Position numbers and translations under genes: made by a program
Notes under the pieces: model-generated
Told to the model about the DNA's origin: nothing
The model's database searches: none
What the model saw: only the letters and a program-made list of their open reading frames with translations
Part shown: piece by piece, positions 38,394-47,265 of the stretch
How positions within the stretch are numbered: the first letter of the stretch is position 1
How the letters are laid out: the number at the start of each line of letters is the position of its first letter
NCBI GenBank assembly: GCA_031551455.1
Contig: JAVBNP010000007.1
Span: 1-56,249 of the forward strand
Length of the DNA: 56,249 nt
DNA from: Bacteroidales bacterium
GTDB lineage: Bacteria; Bacteroidota; Bacteroidia; Bacteroidales; UBA4181
Reading direction: 5' to 3'

Positions 38394-39221
38394 ATGAAAT
38401 TCACAAAAATGCATGGTTTAGGAAACGATTACATATATATCAATTGTTTTGAAGAGCAAATCGATAATCCGGAAGAAGTGGCCGTTCGTGTCAGCGACCG
38501 TCACAAAGGGATAGGCTCCGACGGTTTGGTACTGATCATGCCGTCAGACGATTGCGATTTTCGTATGCGTATGTTCAACGCCGACGGGTCGGAAGCACAA
38601 ATGTGCGGCAATGCGGCGCGTTGTGTCGGAAAGTATTTGTACGACAACGGATTGATCGCCGACACGACGCTCACCTTGGAAACCCTTTCGGGAACAAAAC
38701 GGCTTTGGCTTTTTCCCGAAAACGGACAAGTGAAAAAAGTGCGCGTCGATATGGGCGAACCCGTGCTGAAAGCATCGGAAATTCCCACGAAGCTTCCCGT
38801 TAATGCGGTGATCGATTGTCCGGTTTACTTTCCGTCGGGAGCAAAGAAAATCACCTGCGTGTCGATAGGTAACCCGCACACCGTTGTTTTTGTCGACGAT
38901 GTCGAACAAATTTCCACGGCGAAAGTCGGTGCGGAAATAGAAAATAGCCCGATATTTCCCGAGCGCACTAATGTCGAATTTGTCGAATGCTTGGCTCCCG
39001 ACCGACTGAAAATGCGTGTTTGGGAGCGCGGCACGGGAGAAACGCAAGCCTGCGGCACGGGTGCCTGCGCCGCTCTTGTAGCGGCCGTGCTCAACGGAAA
39101 GGCAAAACGCAAAGCAACCGTGAGTTTGCCCGGCGGCGAGCTTGAAATAGAATGGCGCGAAACCGATAACCGTGTTTACATGACCGGCGAAGCGGAAACC
39201 GTTTTCACGGGAGAAATATAA
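38394..39221 (+). CDS. dapF: Diaminopimelate epimerase
   Basis: [46 protein letters not shown]. Confidence 0.97.
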   Translation: MKFTKMHGLGNDYIYINCFEEQIDNPEEVAVRVSDRHKGIGSDGLVLIMPSDDCDFRMRMFNADGSEAQMCGNAARCVGKYLYDNGLIADTTLTLETLSGTKRLWLFPENGQVKKVRVDMGEPVLKASEIPTKLPVNAVIDCPVYFPSGAKKITCVSIGNPHTVVFVDDVEQISTAKVGAEIENSPIFPERTNVEFVECLAPDRLKMRVWERGTGETQACGTGACAALVAAVLNGKAKRKATVSLPGGELEIEWRETDNRVYMTGEAETVFTGEI

Positions 39222-39223
39222 TT

Positions 39224-39313
39224 GACCTGATAGGTTTTAAAAACCTGTTAGGTCTTACCTGAAAATGAACATCAATTTTTAAGACCTATCGGGTTTTGAA
39301 AACCCAATAGGTC
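39224..39313. repeat. Two REP-like palindromes (ACCT..AGGT family)
   Basis: GACCTGATAGGTTTTAAAAACCTGTTAGGTC (39224-39254) and GACCTATCGGGTTTTGAAAACCCAATAGGTC (39283-39313). Confidence 0.85.
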
Positions 39314-39328
39314 ACAGAATAATAAAAA

Positions 39329-40555
39329 ATGGCTTTAATCAACGAAAATTTTCTCAAGTTACCCGGCAATTATCTGTTTGCGGAGATTGCCCGAAAGGTA
39401 GACGCATATAAAGCGGAGCATCCCGCACACGATATCATCAGTTTGGGGATCGGCGACGTGACGCAACCGTTGGCACCTGCCGTCATCAAGGCATTGCAGG
39501 ATGCCGTGTTCGAAATGGCTTCGGAAAAAACCATGCGGGGGTATGCACCCGACCGCGGCTATTCGTTCCTGCGGGAAGCGATCATCGAAAACGATTTCGA
39601 AGTGCGCGGCGTATACATCGATCCCGACGAAGTGTTCGTGAGCGACGGTGCCAAAAGCGACACGGGAAATATCGGCAATATTCTGAGCGTGGACAATGTG
39701 GTGGCGGTTACCGATCCCGTGTACCCCGTGTACGTGGATACCAACGTGATGGCGGGACGCGCGGGCAATTTGTCGGACGGCCGTTGGAACAACATCGAAT
39801 ATTTGCCGTGTACGGCCGAAAACGGTTTTGTTCCCGAACTTCCGCAACGACGGCCCGATGTGATATATCTCTGTTATCCGAACAACCCGACGGGCACGAC
39901 GTTGACCCGCACGGAACTGAAACGTTGGGTGGATTATGCGCTCGAAAACGATGTGTTGTTGCTGTTCGACGCGGCATACGAGGCGTTTATCACCGAAAAA
40001 GATGTTCCGCACAGTATTTACGAAATTGAAGGCGCCGAACGGACGGCTATCGAGTTCCGCAGTTTCTCGAAAACTGCCGGATTCACGGGGTTGCGTTGCG
40101 GCTACACGGTAGTGCCCAAGGAACTGACTGCATCGACATTGTCGGGCAAACGGATATCGCTTAACGATTTGTGGCACCGCCGTCAATCGACCAAGTTCAA
40201 CGGCACGGCCTACATTGTGCAACGAGCGGCCGAAGCGGTATATTCTCCCGAAGGCAAGCGACAGATTCGCGAAACCGTCGATTATTACATGGAAAACGCA
40301 CGAATCATCAAAACGAGTTTGGAAAAAGCGGGAATGCAAACGTACGGTGGCGTAAACGCTCCCTACATTTGGCTGAAAACGCCCGACGGAATGTCGTCGT
40401 GGGAATATTTCGACCGCTTGTTGCACAATTCGGGAGTCGTGGTCACACCCGGCGCCGGTTTCGGAAAAAGCGGCGAAGGATACGTGCGACTGACGGCTTT
40501 CGGTAAACGGGCAAACACGTCGGAGGCGGTGGAAAGGATAAAGAATGTAAGGTAA
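39329..40555 (+). CDS. dapL: LL-diaminopimelate aminotransferase
   Basis: [46 protein letters not shown] lysine motif [11 protein letters not shown]. Confidence 0.97.
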   Translation: MALINENFLKLPGNYLFAEIARKVDAYKAEHPAHDIISLGIGDVTQPLAPAVIKALQDAVFEMASEKTMRGYAPDRGYSFLREAIIENDFEVRGVYIDPDEVFVSDGAKSDTGNIGNILSVDNVVAVTDPVYPVYVDTNVMAGRAGNLSDGRWNNIEYLPCTAENGFVPELPQRRPDVIYLCYPNNPTGTTLTRTELKRWVDYALENDVLLLFDAAYEAFITEKDVPHSIYEIEGAERTAIEFRSFSKTAGFTGLRCGYTVVPKELTASTLSGKRISLNDLWHRRQSTKFNGTAYIVQRAAEAVYSPEGKRQIRETVDYYMENARIIKTSLEKAGMQTYGGVNAPYIWLKTPDGMSSWEYFDRLLHNSGVVVTPGAGFGKSGEGYVRLTAFGKRANTSEAVERIKNVR

Positions 40556-40592
40556 AAAGTAAGAGGTAATATCTTACACATAATCAATAAAA

Positions 40593-40661
40593 ATGAAAAA
40601 GTTAAAATTGGATTATCGATTGTATCCGCGGATTAAAAACCCCTTCGGGGGATGCGCTTAA
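40593..40661 (+). CDS. Candidate 22-aa small protein or leader peptide MKKLKLDYRLYPRIKNPFGGCA
   Basis: ATG preceded by TAATCAATAAAA, like the real starts here (dapL: AATAATAAAAA ATG); AAA-AAG second and third codons; below the ORF-track length cutoff. Confidence 0.55.
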   Translation: MKKLKLDYRLYPRIKNPFGGCA

Positions 40662-40906
40662 CCCGTGGGAAGTGACCCGAAAAGATGTCGGATAATTTCC
40701 CTTGACGGTGTCGGATCAAAAAAGAGGGTTCGCCAAGACCGCGACGAAACTTGTCCCGCACCGCTTTGAAAAGAGATCGTAACGCCTGCAAAAGTAAAAA
40801 CGGCAGGCATAGGTAAAATCACGACAAAGACGATCCGTCGGTTTCAAAAACCTTGCGGATCGATCAAAAAGGGTAAAACAATTTTTATTCAAATTTTAAT
40901 TTCATC

Positions 40907-41641
40907 ATGAACAGAACAATTTCATTTATTATAGCGGCATTGTTGGCGGCGCCCGCAACGGGCAAAACGCAATGCGATTTTTCGGCGGGAGCCGATTTTG
41001 TAAGTTCTTACGTATGGCGCGGTGTGTATACCGCCGGCACGAGTATTCAACCCTCGATGGGATTGAATGCGGGCGGATTCGGCATCGGCGCATGGGGCAG
41101 TGTGGATATCGCAGGTTCCGGATACAAGGAAGTCGACCTTTCGGCAAGTTACACCGTCGGCGGGTTCCGTTTCGGACTGACCGATTATTGGTGGGACGGC
41201 GAAGATGCGCACGATTATTTCGATTTCAAGAAGGACGAATCGTCTCATTTATTGGAAGTAAATCTCGGTTACGATTTCGATTTCGGGTTGGCGTTGTCGT
41301 GGAACACGATGGTAGCCGGCGCAGGCGATAAGTACGCGGACGGCAACGATGTCCAACGAGCCTTTTCCACTTATGCGGAAGCCGGTTATTCATATTCCGT
41401 AAAAGATGTAAACCTCTTGTTTTCTGTCGGCGCAAGCCCGTGGCGAAGCAACGTGTTGTATACCGCTTACGAGAAAGACGGGCAGATGTACGGCACCGAC
41501 GGTTTTGCGATAACGAACATTTCACTGACCGCTTCGAAAGCGATTGCCTTCTCCGACAGGTTTTCGTTACCGATCTACGGGCGATTGGCCTTCAACCCCA
41601 CCACGGAAGATGTTTTTTTCGTGTTCGGTTTCACTGTTTAA
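40907..41641 (+). CDS. Outer-membrane beta-barrel protein (TorF/Gcw_chp-like putative porin)
   Basis: Signal peptide, ADFVSSYVWRG start, aromatic alternating strands, C-terminal FVFGFTV; 20 bp upstream of glnK. Confidence 0.7.
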   Translation: MNRTISFIIAALLAAPATGKTQCDFSAGADFVSSYVWRGVYTAGTSIQPSMGLNAGGFGIGAWGSVDIAGSGYKEVDLSASYTVGGFRFGLTDYWWDGEDAHDYFDFKKDESSHLLEVNLGYDFDFGLALSWNTMVAGAGDKYADGNDVQRAFSTYAEAGYSYSVKDVNLLFSVGASPWRSNVLYTAYEKDGQMYGTDGFAITNISLTASKAIAFSDRFSLPIYGRLAFNPTTEDVFFVFGFTV

Positions 41642-41661
41642 CCTTCAAAACATAAATCGAA

Positions 41662-42042
41662 ATGAAAAAGATAGAAGCAATCATACGCAAATCGAAATTT
41701 GAAAATGTCAAAGAAGCCCTGTTGGCAGCCGACATCGAATGGTTCTCGTACTACGACGTGCGGGGCGTGGGTAAAATGCAGCAAGGACGCGTATATCGCG
41801 GGATAGCCTACGACACGGGCATCATCGAACGAGTTCTTTTGAGCATTGTGGTGAGAGACATCAACACGGAAAAAACGGTGAAGGCAATACAAGAATGTGC
41901 CTACACGGGTGAAATAGGAGACGGACGCATATTTATCTATCCCGTCACCGACGCCATCCGTATCCGTACGGGCGATCGCGGCGACATTTCATTGTATGAC
42001 GCAAAGCATGAACCTCAAAAATCGTCCGGCCATGAAGCGTAA
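41662..42042 (+). CDS. glnK: P-II nitrogen regulatory protein
   Basis: MKKIEAIIR, T-loop YRG..Y, TGEIGDGRIF, IRIRTG; overlaps the amtB start. Confidence 0.93.
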   Translation: MKKIEAIIRKSKFENVKEALLAADIEWFSYYDVRGVGKMQQGRVYRGIAYDTGIIERVLLSIVVRDINTEKTVKAIQECAYTGEIGDGRIFIYPVTDAIRIRTGDRGDISLYDAKHEPQKSSGHEA

Positions 42043-43441
42043 ATTCATTATAAAAACGTGTGTTTTATTGATGTTATCGATCGCGGCGACGACAATCCGG
42101 GCGCAGGAATCGGCGGGACAAGCGATTGCCTCGGTAGAAACAGTTGTGCCGGAAGCCGTACTTGAAGTTGCCGAACCCGCCAAAGATGCTGCCGTACTCG
42201 ACAGCGGCAATACCGCTTGGATGATCGTAGCCACCATTCTTGTGATGCTGATGACTGTCCCCGGCTTGGCCTTGTTCTACGGCGGACTGGTTCGCCAGCG
42301 CAACCTGTTGAGCATTATCATGCAATGTTTCGTGTTGGCGGGTATTGTCACCATCATTTGGTTCGCCTTCGGTTACAGTTGGGTATTCGGTACCGGCTTC
42401 GCAGACAAGGATAATCTTTTGGGATTCTTTATCGGCGGGTTCGACAAAGTGTTTTTGAAAGGCATCGGCCTCAACACACTGATGGCCAGCCCCGGTATTC
42501 CCGAAATCATCTTCGCGCTGTTTCAATGCATGTTTGCTATCATCACACCCGCATTGATTATCGGGGCTTTCGCCGAAAGAGTGAAATTCTCGGGATACCT
42601 GCTCTTTGTCGTCCTTTGGTCGATAGTGGTGTACAACCCTTTGGCGCATTGGGTTTGGGGCGGCGGATGGCTGCAAAAGATCGGCGCCATCGATTTTGCG
42701 GGAGGCACCGTGGTACACATCAACGCAGGTGTTACGGCGCTCGTAATGGCCCTGCTGGTGGGGCGACGCAAAGACTATACGCCGAACCGCCCGACAACTC
42801 CGCACAATGTCACGTTTGTATTCCTCGGCGCCATCTTTCTTTGGCTGGGCTGGTTCGGATTCAACGCCGGAAGCGGTCTTGCGGCCGACGGACTTGCCGC
42901 CAACGCATTTTTGGTGACACACTTTGCCACGGCCGTAGCTGTTGTCACATGGATGGCCATTGATTGGATACGCGACAAAAAACCGACCGTCGTGGGTGCA
43001 TGTACCGGAGCGGTTGCCGGATTGGTAGCCATTACTCCCGCCGCGGGAACGGTCGACCTCACGGGAGCATTCTTCATCGGAGCCGTATCGTCGGCCGTAT
43101 GTTTCTTCATGGTGGCCGTGGTGAAAGCAAAATTGAAATACGACGATTCGCTGGATGCGTTCGGCGTGCACGGTGTGGGAGGAATCGTTGGTTCGTTGCT
43201 CACGGGCGTATTCGCCACACGGGTTATTACGGGCGAAGGCGGCGTGCAAGGAGCATTGTCGGGCGATTGGCATCAGTTGTGGATACAAACGGTCGCCACC
43301 CTTGCCACTATCGCATACAGCGCCGTACTTACCGTCATTCTTTTTCACATTGCCGACAAAACCGTAGGCATACGGGTGCTGCCGCGCGTGGAAGAAGAAG
43401 GCTTGGATATTTACGAGCACGGTGAAACCGCGTACAATTAA
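42032..43441 (+). CDS. amtB: Ammonium transporter
   Basis: Signal peptide, GNTAW, PGLALFYGG, FQCMFA, DFAGGTVVH, WFGFNAGS, DDSLDAFGVHG (twin His), GLD..EHGE.AY. Confidence 0.97.
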   Translation: MKRKFIIKTCVLLMLSIAATTIRAQESAGQAIASVETVVPEAVLEVAEPAKDAAVLDSGNTAWMIVATILVMLMTVPGLALFYGGLVRQRNLLSIIMQCFVLAGIVTIIWFAFGYSWVFGTGFADKDNLLGFFIGGFDKVFLKGIGLNTLMASPGIPEIIFALFQCMFAIITPALIIGAFAERVKFSGYLLFVVLWSIVVYNPLAHWVWGGGWLQKIGAIDFAGGTVVHINAGVTALVMALLVGRRKDYTPNRPTTPHNVTFVFLGAIFLWLGWFGFNAGSGLAADGLAANAFLVTHFATAVAVVTWMAIDWIRDKKPTVVGACTGAVAGLVAITPAAGTVDLTGAFFIGAVSSAVCFFMVAVVKAKLKYDDSLDAFGVHGVGGIVGSLLTGVFATRVITGEGGVQGALSGDWHQLWIQTVATLATIAYSAVLTVILFHIADKTVGIRVLPRVEEEGLDIYEHGETAYN

Positions 43442-43444
43442 GTC

Positions 43445-43532
43445 ATTGATAATTGATGATTTTCGATTTTTGATTGAAAATCATCAATTATTATCCAAAA
43501 TAATCATCAAACCAAAAATCAAAAAACGAAAA
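43445..43532. repeat. Inverted arrays of ~7-bp tandem repeats
   Basis: ATTGATAATTGATGATTTTCGATTTTTGATT then AAAATCATCAATTAT...AATCATCAA..AAAAATC; related arrays at 16403-16425, 44959-44985 and 54637-54667. Confidence 0.6.
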
Positions 43533-43536
43533 TAAG

Positions 43537-44568
43537 ATGTTAATAATACCAAAGGACTATCATCCGACATTGGATGTTCGTCACACAGAAGAAGCCGTGA
43601 AGTTGATCAAAGACACCTTCCAAAAAGAACTTGCCGATGCATTATCGTTGCGTCGGGTTACCGCACCGCTTTTTGTCCTTTCGGGCACGGGTATCAACGA
43701 CAACCTGAACGGTGTGGAACGTCCCGTTTCTTTTGAGATTTCTTCTATCGGCCAACATGTCGAGATCGTACAATCGCTTGCCAAGTGGAAACGCATGAAG
43801 TTAGGCGCCTACAAAATCGCACCGGGCGAGGGTATTTATACGGATATGAACGCTATCCGCCCCGACGAAGAGGAATTGGATAACCTGCATTCGGTGTATG
43901 TGGATCAATGGGATTGGGAACGCACCATCACCGCGGCCGATCGCAATCTCGATTTTCTGAAAAGCATTGTCCGTAAGATTTACGGAGCGTTACGCACGGT
44001 CGAAAAAGAGGTTTGCAAGACATATCCGAATATCAAACCGTGGCTTTCGCCCGACATCACGTTCGTGCATTCGGAAGACCTCCAAGCCCGTTATCCCGAC
44101 TTGTCGCCGAAAGAGCGCGAAACAAAAGCCGCCGAAGAATACGGTTCGATATTTCTGATCGGCATCGGCGGTACACTGCCCGACGGCAAGATACACGACG
44201 GCCGTTCACCCGACTACGATGATTGGAGCACCGAAACGGGCGCCAGGCGCAAGGGCCTCAACGGCGACATCGTTCTTTGGAATCCCCTGTTAAAATGCGC
44301 TTTCGAGGTTTCCTCGATGGGTATTCGCGTCGACAAATCGGCATTGTTGAAACAGTTGAAAATACGGGGCTGCGAAGATCGTCTCGAATTGCTTTTCCAC
44401 AAAAGCTTGACGGAAGACAAAATACCGCTTTCGATCGGCGGCGGCATCGGACAGTCGCGCCTGTGCATGTATCTGCTGCATTGCGCCCACATCGGCGAAG
44501 TGCAGTCGAGCATTTGGCCCGAAAAAATGGTGGAGGAGTGTGCAGCAAGCAATATTTGGTTGAAATAG
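43537..44568 (+). CDS. asnA: Aspartate--ammonia ligase
   Basis: NDNLNGVERPV, VQSLAKWKR, HSVYVDQWDWE, HDGRSPDYDDW, SSMGIRV, IGGGIGQSR. Confidence 0.97.
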   Translation: MLIIPKDYHPTLDVRHTEEAVKLIKDTFQKELADALSLRRVTAPLFVLSGTGINDNLNGVERPVSFEISSIGQHVEIVQSLAKWKRMKLGAYKIAPGEGIYTDMNAIRPDEEELDNLHSVYVDQWDWERTITAADRNLDFLKSIVRKIYGALRTVEKEVCKTYPNIKPWLSPDITFVHSEDLQARYPDLSPKERETKAAEEYGSIFLIGIGGTLPDGKIHDGRSPDYDDWSTETGARRKGLNGDIVLWNPLLKCAFEVSSMGIRVDKSALLKQLKIRGCEDRLELLFHKSLTEDKIPLSIGGGIGQSRLCMYLLHCAHIGEVQSSIWPEKMVEECAASNIWLK

Positions 44569-44571
44569 AGG

Positions 44572-44843
44572 TCCCCGGGGAGCAGGGCCGGTAAGTTCTA
44601 ATTTTATTAGTCTTTAAGCTGTCCTTTCAGGACGCCGGGTTTGAGAGGTGTGTTTTTTATCCCGAGGCGTTGCCGTCGGGCGGAAATAAGCCGTGCCTCC
44701 GGCCTGATCGCCCAAAGGACATTTGCCTGAAAGGCTGATTTAATTCAGCCCGACGGCAGCGCCTCGGGAAATCGGATGAACGAGATATAATCATCGCGCT
44801 GAAAGCGCAGCTTAATCAGAACTTACCGGCCCTGCCCCGGGGA
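44572..44843. mobile_element. REPIN/MITE-like palindromic element, copy 2, with extra outer terminal inverted repeats
   Basis: Outer IR TCCCCGGGG(AG)CAGGGCCGGTAAGTTCT / AGAACTTACCGGCCCTGCCCCGGGGA, middle IR TTAAGCTG..CTTTCAG, inner IR TCCCGAGGCG.TGCCGTCGGGC; core matches 16645-16841. Confidence 0.8.
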
Positions 44844-44857
44844 GGGAGAGCGTTTTC

Positions 44858-44956
44858 GACCTATCGGGTTTTGAAAACCCGATAGGTCTTGCATGAAGAA
44901 GCATTCAATATCAAAATAAAAATAAAACCTACCGGGTTTTTAAAACCCGGCAGGTT
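44858..44956. repeat. Two REP-like palindromes (ACCT..AGGT family)
   Basis: GACCTATCGGGTTTTGAAAACCCGATAGGTC (44858-44888) and AACCTACCGGGTTTTTAAAACCCGGCAGGTT (44926-44956). Confidence 0.85.
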
Positions 44957-44990
44957 ACAAAATCAAAAATCAAAAATCGAAAATTATAAG

Positions 44991-47180
44991 ATGTCAAGTT
45001 TAAGATTCAAAGCAGTACAAGAGGCTTTCAACCGGAAAGCCGTCACCGTGCCCGTTCCCGACAAGAAAACATCCGATTATTTCGGCATATATGTCTTCGA
45101 TCGCAACCAAATGCGGAAATATCTTTCGAAAGAAACGCTCCGCGTCGTGTTGGATGCCATCGACGAAGGCGTGCCGTTGGAACGGAATATCGCCAACCAT
45201 GTGGCCGCGGGTATGCGCATGTGGGCCATGGAAATGGGGGCCACGCATTACACGCACTGGTTTCATCCGCTTACCGACGGAACGGCCGAAAAACACGATG
45301 CTTTTATCGAGCCGAACGGTAACGGAGGCGTTATCGAAGAATTTACGGGTAAATTGCTTGCACAGCAGGAACCCGATGCATCGAGCTTTCCGAGCGGCGG
45401 CATCCGCAACACTTTCGAGGCGCGCGGTTACACCGCTTGGGACCCGTCGTCGCCCGCTTTTATCGTCGACGACACGCTTTGCATTCCCACCATTTTCATT
45501 TCGTACACGGGCGAGTCGCTCGACTACAAGATGCCGCTGCTGAAATCGTTGCAAGCCGTGGACAAAGCCGCCACCGCTGTATGCAAACTGTTCGACCGCA
45601 ACGTTCGTAAAGTTTACTCGTACCTCGGTTGGGAACAGGAATATTTTTTGGTGGACGAAGCCCTTTATGCCGCTCGCCCCGATTTGGTGCTTACCGAGCG
45701 TACGCTGATGGGACACGAAAGCGCCAAGAACCAACAATTGGAAGACCATTATTTCGGCGCCATTCCCATGCGCGTATCGGCTTTCATGCGCGACCTCGAA
45801 TATGAGTGTTACAAATTGAGCATTCCCGTGAAAACGCGCCACAACGAGGTGGCTCCCAATCAGTTTGAAGTCGCCCCGATTTACGAGGAAACCAATCTTG
45901 CCGTCGATCACAACTTGTTGTTAATGTCGACGATGAAACGCGTGGCCGAACGTCACCGGTTTCGCATACTGTTGCACGAAAAGCCGTTCAAGGGCATCAA
46001 CGGTTCGGGCAAGCACAACAATTGGTCGCTGGGCACCGATACGGGTATCAATCTGCTCGGCCCGGGCAAAAATGCGCAAGAAAATCTGCAATTCATCACC
46101 TTTTTGGTGATCGCATTGATGGCGGTATACAAAAATAACGCTTTGCTGAAAGCAAGCATCGCTTCGGCGGGCAACGCACACCGTCTCGGAGCCAATGAAG
46201 CGCCGCCCGCCATCATTTCGGTGTTCCTCGGAAGTCAGATTTCGGCCGTGCTCGACGATTTGGAACAAAGCGAAGGCACATCGCCCATTCGGGTGACCGA
46301 AAAAACGGGTACGCGCTTGCCGTTGAGCCATATTCCCGAAATATTGGTGGACAACACCGACCGCAACCGCACGTCGCCGTTCGCCTTCACGGGCAACCGT
46401 TTCGAATTTCGCGCCGTAGGTTCGTCAGCCAACTGCGCTTCGGCCATGATTGCGCTCAACACCGCCGCCGCTTACCAATTACGGCAATTCAAAGCCGAGG
46501 TGGATGCGCTGACGGCATCGGGAAAAAAGAAGGATGAGGCCATTTTCACCGTTATTCGCAAATATATCGCCGAGTCGAAGCCGATTCGCTTTGATGGCAA
46601 CGGTTATTCCGACGAGTGGAAGGAAGAAGCTGCCGGCCGCGGCTTGGATTGCGAAACTTGCGTTCCCGTAATTTACGATGCGTACCTCAGCGAACAATCC
46701 GTCAAGATGTTCACTTCCATGGGTGTTTTCGGCGAAACGGAGCTGCACGCCCGCAACGAAGTGAAATGGGACGTGTACACGAAAAAGGTGCAGATAGAAG
46801 CCCGCGTGTTGGGTGATTTGGCGATGAACCACATCATCCCCGTAGCAACGCGCTATCAAGGTTTGTTACTCGACAACGTGTCGAAAATCAAAATGCTTTA
46901 TAACGATGAACGCGCCAATACCATTTCGGCACAGGATTTTGCGCTTATCGAGGAGATTTCCGAACGGATGAACACGATTAAGGAAAAGGTCGACCAAATG
47001 GTGGAAGCCCGCAAGGTGGCCAACAAAATCGAAAGCGAACGCGAAAAAGCGGTAACCTATTGCCACACAGTCGTTCCGTTCTTCGACGAGATTCGTTATC
47101 ACATTGACAAACTCGAATTGATTGTGGATAACGAAATGTGGACGCTTCCGAAATACAGGGAATTGCTGTTTTTGGGATAA
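44991..47180 (+). CDS. glnA: Glutamine synthetase type III
   Basis: THWFHPLT..TAEKHD, EPDASSFP.GG.R.TFEARGYTAWD, HNEVAPNQFE, HEKPF.GINGSGKHNNW, DRNRTSPFAF. Start moved to ATG 44991. Confidence 0.97.
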   Translation: MSSLRFKAVQEAFNRKAVTVPVPDKKTSDYFGIYVFDRNQMRKYLSKETLRVVLDAIDEGVPLERNIANHVAAGMRMWAMEMGATHYTHWFHPLTDGTAEKHDAFIEPNGNGGVIEEFTGKLLAQQEPDASSFPSGGIRNTFEARGYTAWDPSSPAFIVDDTLCIPTIFISYTGESLDYKMPLLKSLQAVDKAATAVCKLFDRNVRKVYSYLGWEQEYFLVDEALYAARPDLVLTERTLMGHESAKNQQLEDHYFGAIPMRVSAFMRDLEYECYKLSIPVKTRHNEVAPNQFEVAPIYEETNLAVDHNLLLMSTMKRVAERHRFRILLHEKPFKGINGSGKHNNWSLGTDTGINLLGPGKNAQENLQFITFLVIALMAVYKNNALLKASIASAGNAHRLGANEAPPAIISVFLGSQISAVLDDLEQSEGTSPIRVTEKTGTRLPLSHIPEILVDNTDRNRTSPFAFTGNRFEFRAVGSSANCASAMIALNTAAAYQLRQFKAEVDALTASGKKKDEAIFTVIRKYIAESKPIRFDGNGYSDEWKEEAAGRGLDCETCVPVIYDAYLSEQSVKMFTSMGVFGETELHARNEVKWDVYTKKVQIEARVLGDLAMNHIIPVATRYQGLLLDNVSKIKMLYNDERANTISAQDFALIEEISERMNTIKEKVDQMVEARKVANKIESEREKAVTYCHTVVPFFDEIRYHIDKLELIVDNEMWTLPKYRELLFLG

Positions 47181-47193
47181 AATTTCCGATAAA

Positions 47194-47226
47194 AAACCTA
47201 ACAGGTTTTGAAAACCTGTTAGGTTT
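47194..47226. repeat. REP-like palindrome (ACCT..AGGT family)
   Basis: Perfect AAACCTAACAGGTTTT-G-AAAACCTGTTAGGTTT. Confidence 0.9.
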
Positions 47227-47265
47227 CACACTAATCTTATTTTTAACTGTTTAAAATCGGAATCT

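Noticed and set aside
44889-44990. N-terminal extension of glnA in the ORF track
   Set aside because: It translates a REP palindrome and heptamer repeats; GSIII-like sequence begins at ATG 44991. Similar over-extensions were trimmed for fecR, amtB, msrC, the S8 protease and the methyltransferase.
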